From Candidatus Hermodarchaeota archaeon (GTDB taxonomy: Archaea; Asgardarchaeota; Hermodarchaeia; Hermodarchaeales; Hermodarchaeaceae), in NCBI GenBank assembly GCA_016839805.1, contig JAEOTO010000031.1, positions 160,001-224,000 of the forward strand: a DNA stretch of 64,000 nt, written 5' to 3'. Below are positions 1-9,824 of the stretch, one piece after another (position 1 is the first letter of the stretch; every line of letters begins with the position of its first letter). The notes under the pieces are model-generated. The model ran no database searches. It worked only from the letters and a program-made list of their open reading frames with translations, and was not told where the DNA came from. The position numbers and the translations under genes were made by a program.

Positions 1-120
1 ATCTTGAAGTTCGATAGCACCAATGGGACAAGCCGCTTCACAACCGCCACAACTACAACATTTTCCTATATCAATCACATTTGCCTTTAGATGCTCGAAC
101 CCGAGCTTTTCCTTAGCCAT
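1..120 (-). CDS. 4Fe-4S protein N-terminus (possibly F420 hydrogenase/dehydrogenase beta-subunit-like), truncated by window edge
   Basis: Manual translation MAKEKLGFEHLKANVIDIGKCCSCGGCEAACPIGAIELQD with CxxCxxCxxxCP; GGTGA SD upstream. Confidence 0.7.
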   Translation of the reverse strand, partial: MAKEKLGFEHLKANVIDIGKCCSCGGCEAACPIGAIELQD

Positions 121-199
121 TCTAATCACCACTTTCAAGTAATCGTAATGCAGACAAAAAGGGTATCTGACTACTTAAGCTTGACAGCCATCCTAACTA

Positions 200-649
200 C
201 TAGTCTTCTTGCAGGATGTTTGGCTTGACATGCAATTTACAGGCAAGAGATCGGGATACTTGACAATATTTCTCGGTGAGTGACACTGCTCGTTCAACTT
301 GAGACAGATTCGCTTCCTTTGGCACAGTTATGTTCATGGTTACGTAGATATCGGTAAAATGCCAACCCCCTTCCGGATGCTTATGAAGCACCGCACGACC
401 AGTTGCTTGATGAGCTTTTAATGGCTGTTGCATCCGTTTCATTAGAGTCGCAAAGGTTGTGATATAACACCCTGCGATAGCCGAAATGAAAAGATCCTGA
501 GGCGAATAGATTCCAGGTTTACCCTCCCACTGGGTTGGGGAGGTGAGGGGTAATGAGGGTTTTCCATCTATACTAATATCACCTTCGTGACCACCGGTCC
601 AAATAACCTTCGCATTAAATTCATGAGTCTCAGAGATGTCGTTACCCAT
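200..649 (-). CDS. OsmC/Ohr family protein
   Basis: SPQDLFISAIAGCY and EKYCQVSRSL two-Cys signature. Confidence 0.85.
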   Translation of the reverse strand: MGNDISETHEFNAKVIWTGGHEGDISIDGKPSLPLTSPTQWEGKPGIYSPQDLFISAIAGCYITTFATLMKRMQQPLKAHQATGRAVLHKHPEGGWHFTDIYVTMNITVPKEANLSQVERAVSLTEKYCQVSRSLACKLHVKPNILQED

Positions 650-803
650 AGAGAGTCCTCGTGCAGCCCAGAATCAGCTGAGCTTTTTAGCTGTTCGGGA
701 GATTCAAAACTCTTGGAAGATGCAACTGCGAAAGAAGTATTAGGTATCCCGTGACACACAACCATGTAATCTTGAAAACAATAAGGAAATGAGTGAATCA
801 TAA

Positions 804-1925
804 ATGACCGGCAGTTTCGCTAACATGGATCCCTTACAAGTCCAAAAGGGTTATCGGGACCCCAAACTGGTCCAACAAGCAGCACAAAAAATCAAACAGC
901 TAGCCAAGGATCGAACCTTCCGGTTTATGCATTTATGCGGAACTCACGAATATACAATCACCCATTCCGGTATCCGGGATTTCTTACCTAAGAACGTGGA
1001 GTTGCTGGCCGGACCTGGTTGCCCAGTCTGCATTTGCCCCCCAGAAGATGTGGCTTCAGCTATTGCGATTGCATCTGAGCCCAACGCGTTATTAACAACG
1101 TTTGGCGATATGATGCGCGTACCTGCAGGCGATCTAGGTTCTTTGAATTCAGCCCGAAGTCATGGAGCGAAAATTCAAGTTGTTTACAGCATGATGGATG
1201 CGATTATCGCAGCAAAGGAACATCCCAACAAAGAAGTCGTGCACTTTGCTATCGGCTTTGAAACAACTACTCCACCTACTGCTGCTGAACTATTAGGTGA
1301 TCCCCCAAAGAATTTCAGCGTTCTTGTGAGCCATCGGCTCATTCCACCAGCAGAGGTGTTTCTTCTCGAACAAGGAGAGGTAGGTATAGACGGGTTCTTA
1401 TGCCCCGGTCATGTTAGTGTGATTACGGGTGTTCAAGCGTATCTCCAAATATCAAAGCAGTATAAGGTCCCTCAAGTAATTGCAGGATTTGAACCACTTG
1501 ATGTTTTATTGGGGACTATAATGCTCTTACGCCAAGTGGTGGAAGGGAGAGGTGAAGTAGAAAACGAGTACACTCGAGCAGTGACCTTTGAAGGAAATGT
1601 TCATGCCCGTGAAATGATTGACCAAGTATTTGAACAGGTGGATGCGCGATGGCGTGGAATTGGTTTGATTCCTGAATCGGGTTTGGCTCTACGTGAAAAC
1701 TACATGATGTTTGATGCTCGAAATCGATTTGAAATCGAGGTTGAACCACAGAAATTTGAAATGCCTCCAGGATGCAAATGCGGCGAAGTACTTCGTGGAG
1801 TAATGCGTCCAGAAGAGTGCCCCTTGTTTGCCTCAAAGTGTACGCCCGATAATCCCATTGGACCCTGTATGGTATCTATGGAGGGGACTTGCAACGTTGT
1901 GTACGGGGCTCAACCCCTTCCTTAG
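804..1925 (+). CDS. hypD: Hydrogenase maturation protein HypD
   Basis: MHLCGTHE, GPGCPVC, GFETT, PGHVS, C-terminal CKCGEVL..ECPLF..C..GPCMVS.EGTC. Confidence 0.97.
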   Translation: MTGSFANMDPLQVQKGYRDPKLVQQAAQKIKQLAKDRTFRFMHLCGTHEYTITHSGIRDFLPKNVELLAGPGCPVCICPPEDVASAIAIASEPNALLTTFGDMMRVPAGDLGSLNSARSHGAKIQVVYSMMDAIIAAKEHPNKEVVHFAIGFETTTPPTAAELLGDPPKNFSVLVSHRLIPPAEVFLLEQGEVGIDGFLCPGHVSVITGVQAYLQISKQYKVPQVIAGFEPLDVLLGTIMLLRQVVEGRGEVENEYTRAVTFEGNVHAREMIDQVFEQVDARWRGIGLIPESGLALRENYMMFDARNRFEIEVEPQKFEMPPGCKCGEVLRGVMRPEECPLFASKCTPDNPIGPCMVSMEGTCNVVYGAQPLP

Positions 1926-2262
1926 CCATGACAAGCGTTTCATTAATTACAGATTCGTGAAATCCCGGGCTAGCAAGCCATTGGGCAGCCATTTCTTCAA
2001 CTTCAGAGACTTTCTTTCTTAGGTAACGATCGATAATGACCTCACGGTTAATATTAGGAATACCGTGGTTTTCCCAAAATGGTGCGGTGAGTTTGGGTGT
2101 CAATATTAGTGGGTTTGTCTGATCACGTTTTTCTTGTAAGGCAAATCGAGCTAGCTGGGCTGCGAGTAGTTTGGTATCAGTTTTATGAATTCGTCCGCGA
2201 ACCCATATTCGGCAGTTGGCTCGACCTTGACAATCGCCACGAGCGATTGGGCAAAATCCCAC
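1876..2262 (-). CDS. Hypothetical protein with N-terminal Cys motif
   Basis: GGTGA SD before GTG; CPxxxxxCxxxxxCxxW; 3' end overlaps hypD convergently. Confidence 0.5.
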   Translation of the reverse strand: MGFCPIARGDCQGRANCRIWVRGRIHKTDTKLLAAQLARFALQEKRDQTNPLILTPKLTAPFWENHGIPNINREVIIDRYLRKKVSEVEEMAAQWLASPGFHESVINETLVMAKEGVEPRTQRCKSPP

Positions 2263-2345
2263 GTTTCGTCACCAGAAATTGATATATCGTGGCTTGGGCT
2301 TAAGCTTGAGTGGCTTAAACCTTTTGGTTCGACGGGTAGCCCGTA

Positions 2346-3263
2346 TTAACCAATTGGCCAATAAATATCTTCAGAGGCGGTTGTTGCTTCTGCGAGGTCA
2401 CGCATTAGTGTCATTAGGGTGAAGAGGTCATAGTTGATACCTTCGCCAATAGTAACATAGCGTTCAGCTTCGCTAGTAAATGCAAGTTCGGGAGACCAGT
2501 TGGCTGGCCAAGAGGGCACAGTTTCAAGCTGAATCATAGTCTTGGATAGTCCTGTGGCATAGGTAACGAGTAGGGGGATTATTGGAAGATGGAGGAGATA
2601 GCTTTCCGGGCGAAGGATATCATCAACGCCACTCCGGACGACTTGTAAGGGTGGAAAGAAGCGTTTGCCCACCTCATTTTCGATGGGAAAAGTTATGATC
2701 TGTCTTAGCGTGGCTTCATCTTGTGGATGCAGTGACCGTGTTTCCAACGATTCTCGTAATAACACTGCTGCGGTGATGAGATCATTAGGTTTTGTGATAT
2801 TATCTGGAAGAGTGGGAGCAGGTCCACGATGAATGTTGAAGGCACCTTCGGGATTGAACCCCGCAGGCGTTATTCCAGGGTGACTCTGATCTAGTGTAAG
2901 CCATAGGGCAAAAGGAAAAATTGGTGGTTGTTCGGTAAAAACAGTGAGTTTCAGTTTGTTTGAGAAGGGACGAGTTAAAAATAAGGTATCAAATGGATTC
3001 TTTGAGGAAAGAGGAACCACGAGTGTGAATCCTCCAAAATCAATGGGCTTGGGCGTTTTCCCTCGCATTTCCATGTCAATGGCTGCTTCAGAATGATCCT
3101 TAATCCGATCGAAGGCGTTGGGCATAAGCAGTAGTTCAGGTTTATTAGTCGAATAGGGTTCAAGTTGCGCGAGGAGTGAAGTAAGAAGTTGATTATGTTG
3201 AGTAGTAGCCACTCGGTCAAGCAGTGTAAATAATCTCGAATTGTCTTTTCGCAGATGTTCCAT
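2346..3263 (-). CDS. Hypothetical protein
   Basis: 305-aa ORF filling the gap downstream of aor; no motif recognised. Confidence 0.65.
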   Translation of the reverse strand: MEHLRKDNSRLFTLLDRVATTQHNQLLTSLLAQLEPYSTNKPELLLMPNAFDRIKDHSEAAIDMEMRGKTPKPIDFGGFTLVVPLSSKNPFDTLFLTRPFSNKLKLTVFTEQPPIFPFALWLTLDQSHPGITPAGFNPEGAFNIHRGPAPTLPDNITKPNDLITAAVLLRESLETRSLHPQDEATLRQIITFPIENEVGKRFFPPLQVVRSGVDDILRPESYLLHLPIIPLLVTYATGLSKTMIQLETVPSWPANWSPELAFTSEAERYVTIGEGINYDLFTLMTLMRDLAEATTASEDIYWPIG

Positions 3264-3294
3264 TATCCTAGCCTACTCAGATACGCATGAATTG

Positions 3295-5136
3295 CTACTT
3301 ATCTAACTTGTCGAGTCCCACTTTTTTAAGGGCAGCGGCAGATGGACGTCCAGTCTTCTGGTCCCAGTTTCGGTATCTATAGTAGTCTTTGAGTTGACGA
3401 GAAAGATTGGGAACCAAACCACGAGTAGGACCCTCTAAAGGACGGAGTAGGAGTGGTGGAAGTGTATCGTCACTTGCAATGAAACCTAATTTTAGATTTA
3501 GCAGTCGTTTGAGTGTGATGATGCGTTCACCGATATCTAACAGGTCCTGAGGTGATGCAGAAACTCCAGTAACTAGCGAATAAAACTGAGCAACCTCTGT
3601 GGGAGTATACGTGGCAAAGATACAGATATTGAGAGAGTTCGTTACCATTCGCCAATTTTGTGTACGGGCTACCAGTTCACCCATCCCTTCATCACTTTGC
3701 GGATCATCTGCATCAATTCCTAGCTCCGGAATTACCTGGCCAGCTAGTACCCAATAAATATCAGCATCAAGATGACACCCGCCCCGTGGACTAGTTGCAT
3801 ACATCGCTGCATTTCCAAAAAGAGATCTAACGCCCCAACAGGCAACTTCAAGGCCTTTAACATGAACAGCATCGTCTGAAGCATTATATCGTTCACCAAT
3901 AGCACGAACTCCCTCAGCCAAGATATCACCAAAACCTTCACGTACAGCGATTTGTTTGATTAGAGTAATCTGTGGATCCGGGTCACCCCATTTCAGATCC
4001 ATCCCAACCTCTTTCGTGGATAATTTTCCTTGGTCCATCAGATAATAGGCAAAACCGATAGCTGTGCCACAGCTAATCGTGTCCATTCCCAACTCGTCGC
4101 AAAGATGAGCTGCATAGGTTACAGCTTCGAGATCATCGCAGAGAATCATCGAACCCAGTGCGCCAAGAGTTTCATATTCGGGTCCACTTGTTCGAGGGAT
4201 TTTGTATTTCCCTTTAGGAATTTCGACAACGCGACCACAACGTATTGGGCAAAGGTAACAACCACTGGTTCCAACCAAAATGGTTTCAGCCATTGTAGCT
4301 CCACTAATACTATCATAGGTTGGAAATTCGCTGGTCGTCCAGTATTTGTTTGGCATCGAACCTACTTCTTGGCTATGACCGACAAATGCGGCAGTGCCTA
4401 ATTCTTTGTATAAGCTAACTTGGAAGTCTTCCATTAGAACTTTCATAGCAGTTCGGATTAAATCCTGGAGTTCGTCAGGTTTCGCCACGGGAACTGGCGT
4501 ATCACCGATAGCCACAATTGCTTTGAGATTCTTACTTCCCATTACCGCTCCTAATCCCATTCGACCCGCAGTGCGACCACCTTCTGTCATGATACTAGCA
4601 AATTTCACTAAATTTTCTCCTGCAGGTCCAATTACTAGAGTGGCCATTCGTTTTTCATCATAATCTTTGTGAAGCTGTGTAATGGTTTCAGTGACGTGAA
4701 GAGTCCATAACCTAAGTTTTTCTTGCAAAGTGACTTGACCATTCTGAATTGTGAGAAGCATAGGTTGAGCTGCTCGACCCTTGATGAGTACACCATCATA
4801 TCCTGCATGACGAAGACGCGCCCCAATATCACCACCAATATTGCATTCCCCCCATAATCCAGTTAAAGGAGACTTGGCACAAATACTGAGCCGCCCACAT
4901 AGAGGAACTCGAGTTCCGGTTAATGGTCCAGCAAGAAGCAAGAGCGGATTATCGGGTCCAAGGGGATCTAACTCCTTTGAGAGCAAGGGGTATAACATCC
5001 TTGCAGCTAATCCGGCTCCACCGATATATTGTCGGGCCCAATCAAGTGGTGTTGATGACTCTTTGAGAGTTCCTGTGGTAAGATCAACATGGAGTATTTT
5101 TCCCGTGTAACCGTAACTATCCTTTTTCGTCAACAT
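3295..5136 (-). CDS. aor: Tungsten-type aldehyde:ferredoxin oxidoreductase
   Basis: GYTGKILHVDL, KSPLTG, GRxGLGAVMGSKNLKA, CYLCPIRC, EYET, DELGMDTIS; start moved to the ATG after a GAGG SD. Confidence 0.93.
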   Translation of the reverse strand: MLTKKDSYGYTGKILHVDLTTGTLKESSTPLDWARQYIGGAGLAARMLYPLLSKELDPLGPDNPLLLLAGPLTGTRVPLCGRLSICAKSPLTGLWGECNIGGDIGARLRHAGYDGVLIKGRAAQPMLLTIQNGQVTLQEKLRLWTLHVTETITQLHKDYDEKRMATLVIGPAGENLVKFASIMTEGGRTAGRMGLGAVMGSKNLKAIVAIGDTPVPVAKPDELQDLIRTAMKVLMEDFQVSLYKELGTAAFVGHSQEVGSMPNKYWTTSEFPTYDSISGATMAETILVGTSGCYLCPIRCGRVVEIPKGKYKIPRTSGPEYETLGALGSMILCDDLEAVTYAAHLCDELGMDTISCGTAIGFAYYLMDQGKLSTKEVGMDLKWGDPDPQITLIKQIAVREGFGDILAEGVRAIGERYNASDDAVHVKGLEVACWGVRSLFGNAAMYATSPRGGCHLDADIYWVLAGQVIPELGIDADDPQSDEGMGELVARTQNWRMVTNSLNICIFATYTPTEVAQFYSLVTGVSASPQDLLDIGERIITLKRLLNLKLGFIASDDTLPPLLLRPLEGPTRGLVPNLSRQLKDYYRYRNWDQKTGRPSAAALKKVGLDKLDK

Positions 5137-5170
5137 CATAACCTCTTTACGCAGGATTGTTTTGTGGGAT

Positions 5171-6340
5171 TTAGAAATCGATGGATTTTCCTTCATACAT
5201 ATAGTGCCAAAAACGTTCCATATCTTCAGTGGTGGGTTCTCTGCAATTGAAGATGTTTACAGCAGATTCAGATGTCAGGCGAACCAAATCATCAAAGTTC
5301 TTATCGAACTTTTCCTTTGATATCCCATATTCTTTGAGACTTCGAGGAACCTCCATCTCCTTCATAATTTTGACAACTTTATTGCGTAACTTGATAGTTG
5401 CCGTTTTGTCATCATCGCTTGAATCAGCAGCCCCGACAGCTCGTGCGAGTTCTCCATAAAGATTGGAGTGAGTCTTCATTGCGTATTCGATCGAATAAGG
5501 GAGAACTATTCCTACGGTAATTCCATGAGGTATTTTGAAGACGGCTCCCATGGCATGACCAAATGAGTGGGTGATGCCGAGGAAGGAATTACTCCATGCA
5601 AGTCCACTGATCGTTGCAGCATTGTGGAGTTTTTCACGTGCCTCTGAATCCTCAGGATTTTCATAAACACGAGGAAGGTATTCGAAAATCATACGTGTAC
5701 TGTGAATAGCTAAACCATTACTGAAATCGTTGCGCCATTGAACCGTATATCCGTCAATTGCTTGTGCTAGCGCATCCATTCCGGAGGATGCAATAACTTT
5801 AGGAGGTAAGGATTTCGTGAGGACAGGATCTAAAATAGAAACATACGGTATCAAGACAGGATGGTTGAGTTCCATTTTGTAATTTTCCTTACTATTTGTG
5901 ATAACTGCTGATGCAGTTGCATCAGAACCTGTTCCGGAAGTCGTAGGGATGGCGATCAGAGTCGTTTTCTTAATGGTTATTGGTGTCAGCGGCATAATTT
6001 CAAGCATAGGGAGATCAGGATGTTCAAACAGAACTTGGGTCACTTTGGCCACATCAAGAACTGAGCCACCACCTAACCCAATGATAAGGTCAGGATTGAA
6101 TTTCTGAGCTATTTTTAAACTCTCATATACTACGTCTTCTGGCGGTTCAGGAGTCACACCATCGAAATAAGCTACTTCTTTTCCACTTTCTTTGAGTTTC
6201 TCCATCACTAAATCCAAAAAGCCCAATTTGACAATTGTATTATCTGTCACAACGAAGGCACGGTGTCCTTCGATTTCCTTTAGATAATCTAAGGCTCCTT
6301 CACCAAATGCGAAGACCCGTGGAGAACGGAAATACCACAC
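5171..6340 (-). CDS. Iron-containing alcohol dehydrogenase
   Basis: GLGGGSVLD, IPTTSGTGS, GMDAL, HSFGH, IPHG. Confidence 0.93.
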   Translation of the reverse strand: MWYFRSPRVFAFGEGALDYLKEIEGHRAFVVTDNTIVKLGFLDLVMEKLKESGKEVAYFDGVTPEPPEDVVYESLKIAQKFNPDLIIGLGGGSVLDVAKVTQVLFEHPDLPMLEIMPLTPITIKKTTLIAIPTTSGTGSDATASAVITNSKENYKMELNHPVLIPYVSILDPVLTKSLPPKVIASSGMDALAQAIDGYTVQWRNDFSNGLAIHSTRMIFEYLPRVYENPEDSEAREKLHNAATISGLAWSNSFLGITHSFGHAMGAVFKIPHGITVGIVLPYSIEYAMKTHSNLYGELARAVGAADSSDDDKTATIKLRNKVVKIMKEMEVPRSLKEYGISKEKFDKNFDDLVRLTSESAVNIFNCREPTTEDMERFWHYMYEGKSIDF

Positions 6341-6425
6341 TTTGAATAGACCTCCAAGTTAGAGCCAATAAGGAACTGTTCTAGGAACACTTATTGAAGT
6401 TCATCTCAAAACCAATAATCAGTTC

Positions 6426-6464
6426 TAATAGAAAAGTAATAGGGATGGGGGACGAATCCCCATC
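6426..6464 (-). terminator. Hairpin plus pyrimidine tract after the SCP2 gene
   Basis: GATGGGG(6444-6450)/CCCCATC(6458-6464) stem, T-rich tail on minus strand. Confidence 0.45.
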
Positions 6465-6476
6465 TGCTAATTGTTT

Positions 6477-6884
6477 CTATAGGAACTCCGTTTTGATCAT
6501 CTGGGCTGTTCGAACAAGCTCTTTTGCAGCACGCGTAGCCCGCATAACCTTCGCACGGTCACCAATTAGTTTCATTTTACGTGTGAGTAAAGCTTTGATG
6601 GGATCCAAGCGACCTTCAATGATTTCTTTCCAATTTGCGTATTCGCCCTCATAGACGAAAGCCGTCTCCTTTGCATCACGATTTGGTAACATTTCATACC
6701 CACGACACTTTCCATGCCACAGATCCATCCACATCACAAGCTCCTCATCTATCTCAAGGTCTTTGTTGGGCCAGACGATGAAGAGGAAGTCACCTTCCCA
6801 TGTTGCAGCAGCGTCTGCATATGCTTCATTTTCGTTGAGTGTTGTGACAAAGGCTTCTAGCCATTCTGGGGTTCCAAATTCCAT
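6477..6884 (-). CDS. SCP2 sterol/lipid-binding domain protein
   Basis: EW..LNENE.Y..AA..WEGDF; G.LDPIKALLTRKMKLIGD; GGTGA SD at M11 of the ORF. Confidence 0.85.
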   Translation of the reverse strand: MEFGTPEWLEAFVTTLNENEAYADAAATWEGDFLFIVWPNKDLEIDEELVMWMDLWHGKCRGYEMLPNRDAKETAFVYEGEYANWKEIIEGRLDPIKALLTRKMKLIGDRAKVMRATRAAKELVRTAQMIKTEFL

Positions 6885-7024
6885 TTTATTCACCGGTCGT
6901 TTCATTGAATGCATTGATTAGATGAATCTGGGTTTAAATCTGGTCGTGACGTTCAAAAAAAATCATCCAAATTTCTTAATACTTAGTCATTGAAAGTATT
7001 AGTTGCCTTGTGAGTTGATATAGA

Positions 7025-7783
7025 ATGTCAAAATATACGATTGTTCAAATCTCTGATCTTCACATAGGTGAAGCGAGTTACCGGCGTGACATGGTTGTTA
7101 CCGCAATCGAGGAAATTAATGAAATAAAACCCAATCTCGTTGTGGTTTGTGGAGACTTGACATGGAATGCGATACGTGAACAGTTTTTAGAAGCTCGTGA
7201 TTTACTGCAAAATATTGACTCCCCACAAATAGTAACGATGGGAAATCATGATGCGTTTAATGTTGGATATCTAACCTTTGAGGAACTCTTTGGTCCACGG
7301 TATGCAGAATACCAGGATGAAAGTGTCTTTGTGATGGCGGTGGATAGCTCCGAGCCAGATTTAAACACTGGACATGTCGGCAGAGAGGGACGGGGATTTA
7401 TTGATCAAGCCTTTTCTAAGGCGGATGAGAAACTCTTGAAGATATTTGCACTGCATCATCATCTTGTCCCAGTACCACGGTCAGGTCGTGAAAGAGATAG
7501 TATGGTTGATGCCGGTGATATGCTTGAATTATTAATGCACAAAGGAGTGAGTTTGGTGTTGAGTGGGCATCGGCACTATCCATGGTTATGGCGGCTTGAA
7601 AATATGGTATTATCCTACTCAGGAACCTGTGGCAGTCCACGATTACGTGGCAGTCCTTGTCAAAACTACAATATCATTAAAATCGATAAAAACAATATCG
7701 AGATTTCAACCAAGTTAATTGGTGGACCCACGCGACGCCGTGGGAAATATCGATGGGGCAAAAGGGGAATTACTTCAGGTTAA
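7025..7783 (+). CDS. Calcineurin-like metallophosphoesterase (CpdA/Icc-like)
   Basis: SDLH, GDLT, GNHD, HHH, GHRH motifs. Confidence 0.92.
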   Translation: MSKYTIVQISDLHIGEASYRRDMVVTAIEEINEIKPNLVVVCGDLTWNAIREQFLEARDLLQNIDSPQIVTMGNHDAFNVGYLTFEELFGPRYAEYQDESVFVMAVDSSEPDLNTGHVGREGRGFIDQAFSKADEKLLKIFALHHHLVPVPRSGRERDSMVDAGDMLELLMHKGVSLVLSGHRHYPWLWRLENMVLSYSGTCGSPRLRGSPCQNYNIIKIDKNNIEISTKLIGGPTRRRGKYRWGKRGITSG

Positions 7784-7811
7784 AAAAAATCTGATGAGGA
7801 AGGGTTAGAAC

Positions 7812-8186
7812 ATGATCGATTTTTCCTATTTGGGTGGAGTCATCTTATATGTCCGTGATATGGAACGGGCATTAGTCTTTTACACCCAAGTCTTAGGGTT
7901 AGAAGTTGAGATCTTCGAACCCACCTTTGTAACATTGAAAACCAAACCCGTCAAACTACACCTGCATCTTGCAGAGAACCCACCAGGACCGCGAATTGGA
8001 AAAAGCATGAAGATACCTCAAGTGTATTTCAAGGTAGATGATATCGAAGCTACTTTTCAGTACCTACAAAAGGCAAAAATCCAATTCACTCGAGATATTT
8101 TTGAATACAATTCCTCTACTTTCGTGTTTAATTTTTTAGATCCAGATGGAAATCCATTAGGCTGTGAAAGCCACACACGCCATTAG
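7812..8186 (+). CDS. VOC/glyoxalase family protein
   Basis: LYVRDMERALVFY..VLGL, F.VDDI, F.DPDGN. Confidence 0.88.
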   Translation: MIDFSYLGGVILYVRDMERALVFYTQVLGLEVEIFEPTFVTLKTKPVKLHLHLAENPPGPRIGKSMKIPQVYFKVDDIEATFQYLQKAKIQFTRDIFEYNSSTFVFNFLDPDGNPLGCESHTRH

Positions 8187-8201
8187 AGCCGAATAAATGT
8201 A

Positions 8202-9176
8202 TCAGGTTCGCATAATGCTCTGTAAAAGAACAGGATCAATATTGCTCCCACTAGCAATGATGACAACGTTTGCGTTCTTTTTGATCTTAACCTTCATTTG
8301 CAACAAAGCCGCAATTCCTACAACTCCTGCAGGCTCGAGTATACGTCGTTCATTTTCTAGTGTCCAACGAATGGCATCTTGCAATCCCCGTTCTTCCACT
8401 AATACAACATCGTCTACGTATCGTAAGCCAATATCAAGATTCAATTGCTCCGTATTGCCTGCGAGCCCATCAGCGATAGTGGGTTCAACAGGCACGTGAA
8501 AAAGCCGACCTACTCGATAATTCTGGTAAAAAGCACGAGTGGCAGTTGTCTGAACTCCAATCACTTGAATCTCGGGATTAATAGTTTTAACCCATAATGC
8601 GACCCCTGAGATAAGTCCACCTCCACCGATTGGGACAATTACAACATTCGTTTCAGGAGAATCCTCAAGAACTTCATAACCAACTGTACCCTGACCAGCT
8701 ATGACTAGGGGATCAGCATAAGCATGAATAATAGTGGCATTCTTCTTTTTAGCAAACTTTGCACTATGAGTTGCTGCTTCATCATAGTTAGCACCCTTTT
8801 CAATAATTGTAGCCTCATACTGTTTGATTTTATCTAGCTTCAGTGGTGATGCTTTTCGGGGAACAAAGATTGTGGCAGAAATTCCTTGTTGTTGGGCAGC
8901 ATAGGCAACAGCTAGACCATGGTTACCAGTGGAGGCAGTAACGACACCACGTTGGGCAGTTCCCGCTGGGAGGGAAGCTATTTTATTGTAGGCACCACGG
9001 AGTTTGAATACGCCAGTTCGTTGCAGGCATTCCCATTTGATAAAAACGGGCGTTTGGGCGATAGTTTCTAATGCAGGTGAGGGCTCGAGGGGTGTTCGTA
9101 CTATTTTCCCAGTTAAGCGTTTTCTTGCTTGTAAAATCATTGTAGGAGTTACTGGAAAAGATGCAGAGGAAGTCAT
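8202..9176 (-). CDS. Threonine/serine dehydratase (PLP), no regulatory domain
   Basis: K.ECLQRTGVFKLRGA, STGNHG, GQGT, PIGGGGLISG, SGSN. Confidence 0.9.
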   Translation of the reverse strand: MTSSASFPVTPTMILQARKRLTGKIVRTPLEPSPALETIAQTPVFIKWECLQRTGVFKLRGAYNKIASLPAGTAQRGVVTASTGNHGLAVAYAAQQQGISATIFVPRKASPLKLDKIKQYEATIIEKGANYDEAATHSAKFAKKKNATIIHAYADPLVIAGQGTVGYEVLEDSPETNVVIVPIGGGGLISGVALWVKTINPEIQVIGVQTTATRAFYQNYRVGRLFHVPVEPTIADGLAGNTEQLNLDIGLRYVDDVVLVEERGLQDAIRWTLENERRILEPAGVVGIAALLQMKVKIKKNANVVIIASGSNIDPVLLQSIMRT

Positions 9177-9303
9177 AATAACCAGCTCTTCTTGAGCAGG
9201 GATGTTTCATTTAGTTAGATAATGATTTCTCAGTGGGTACTATATGGTCCTGCTTGGTTGCGATTGTTTATAAGGCTGCTTTTTAGATAATGGAAGCAAG
9301 AGC

Positions 9304-9771
9304 GTGACACCTATGTCCGTAGATGAAGTTCAACAGAAACTCAAATGTCGACGCTGTGATCGACCACGCATCATACATCGAGTAAGCAAACCAACAGCTA
9401 ACAAAGTAAAACTCTACATGTCCTGTCCCGTTCACACAGCTACCGTAGAATATTCATTACCTTTACAAAGCTATGATGAGGCAAGCGGGCTAATTCGAGA
9501 ACATGTTCTTTTGTGCCGGAAATGTGGGCAACCCGTAGATGTTGTCGGGCAAAAAGCAGGGAAATTAACCACAAAGTTAAACATCCAATGTCCTGAACAC
9601 GGAAAAGGAGAACGAACTGTGAACAATTCACTCCTTGATCCTATCTTATCCGCTGTTCCAGCTCCTAAGGCTGCAACTACCCCCACTGGTAAGTTCTGCT
9701 CAAGCTGCGGTTCACCCGTTCCTGCGCCAGAAGCCCGTTTTTGTCACAATTGTGGTGCATCACTCGAATAA
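9304..9771 (+). CDS. Multi zinc-finger/zinc-ribbon protein
   Basis: Two CxxC...CPxH units plus C-terminal CSSCG...FCHNCG. Confidence 0.75.
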   Translation: MTPMSVDEVQQKLKCRRCDRPRIIHRVSKPTANKVKLYMSCPVHTATVEYSLPLQSYDEASGLIREHVLLCRKCGQPVDVVGQKAGKLTTKLNIQCPEHGKGERTVNNSLLDPILSAVPAPKAATTPTGKFCSSCGSPVPAPEARFCHNCGASLE

Positions 9772-9824
9772 ACACAAAAATTCAATTTATATTCCGTGTT
9801 CTGACCGAACCTTAACCGATGTTG

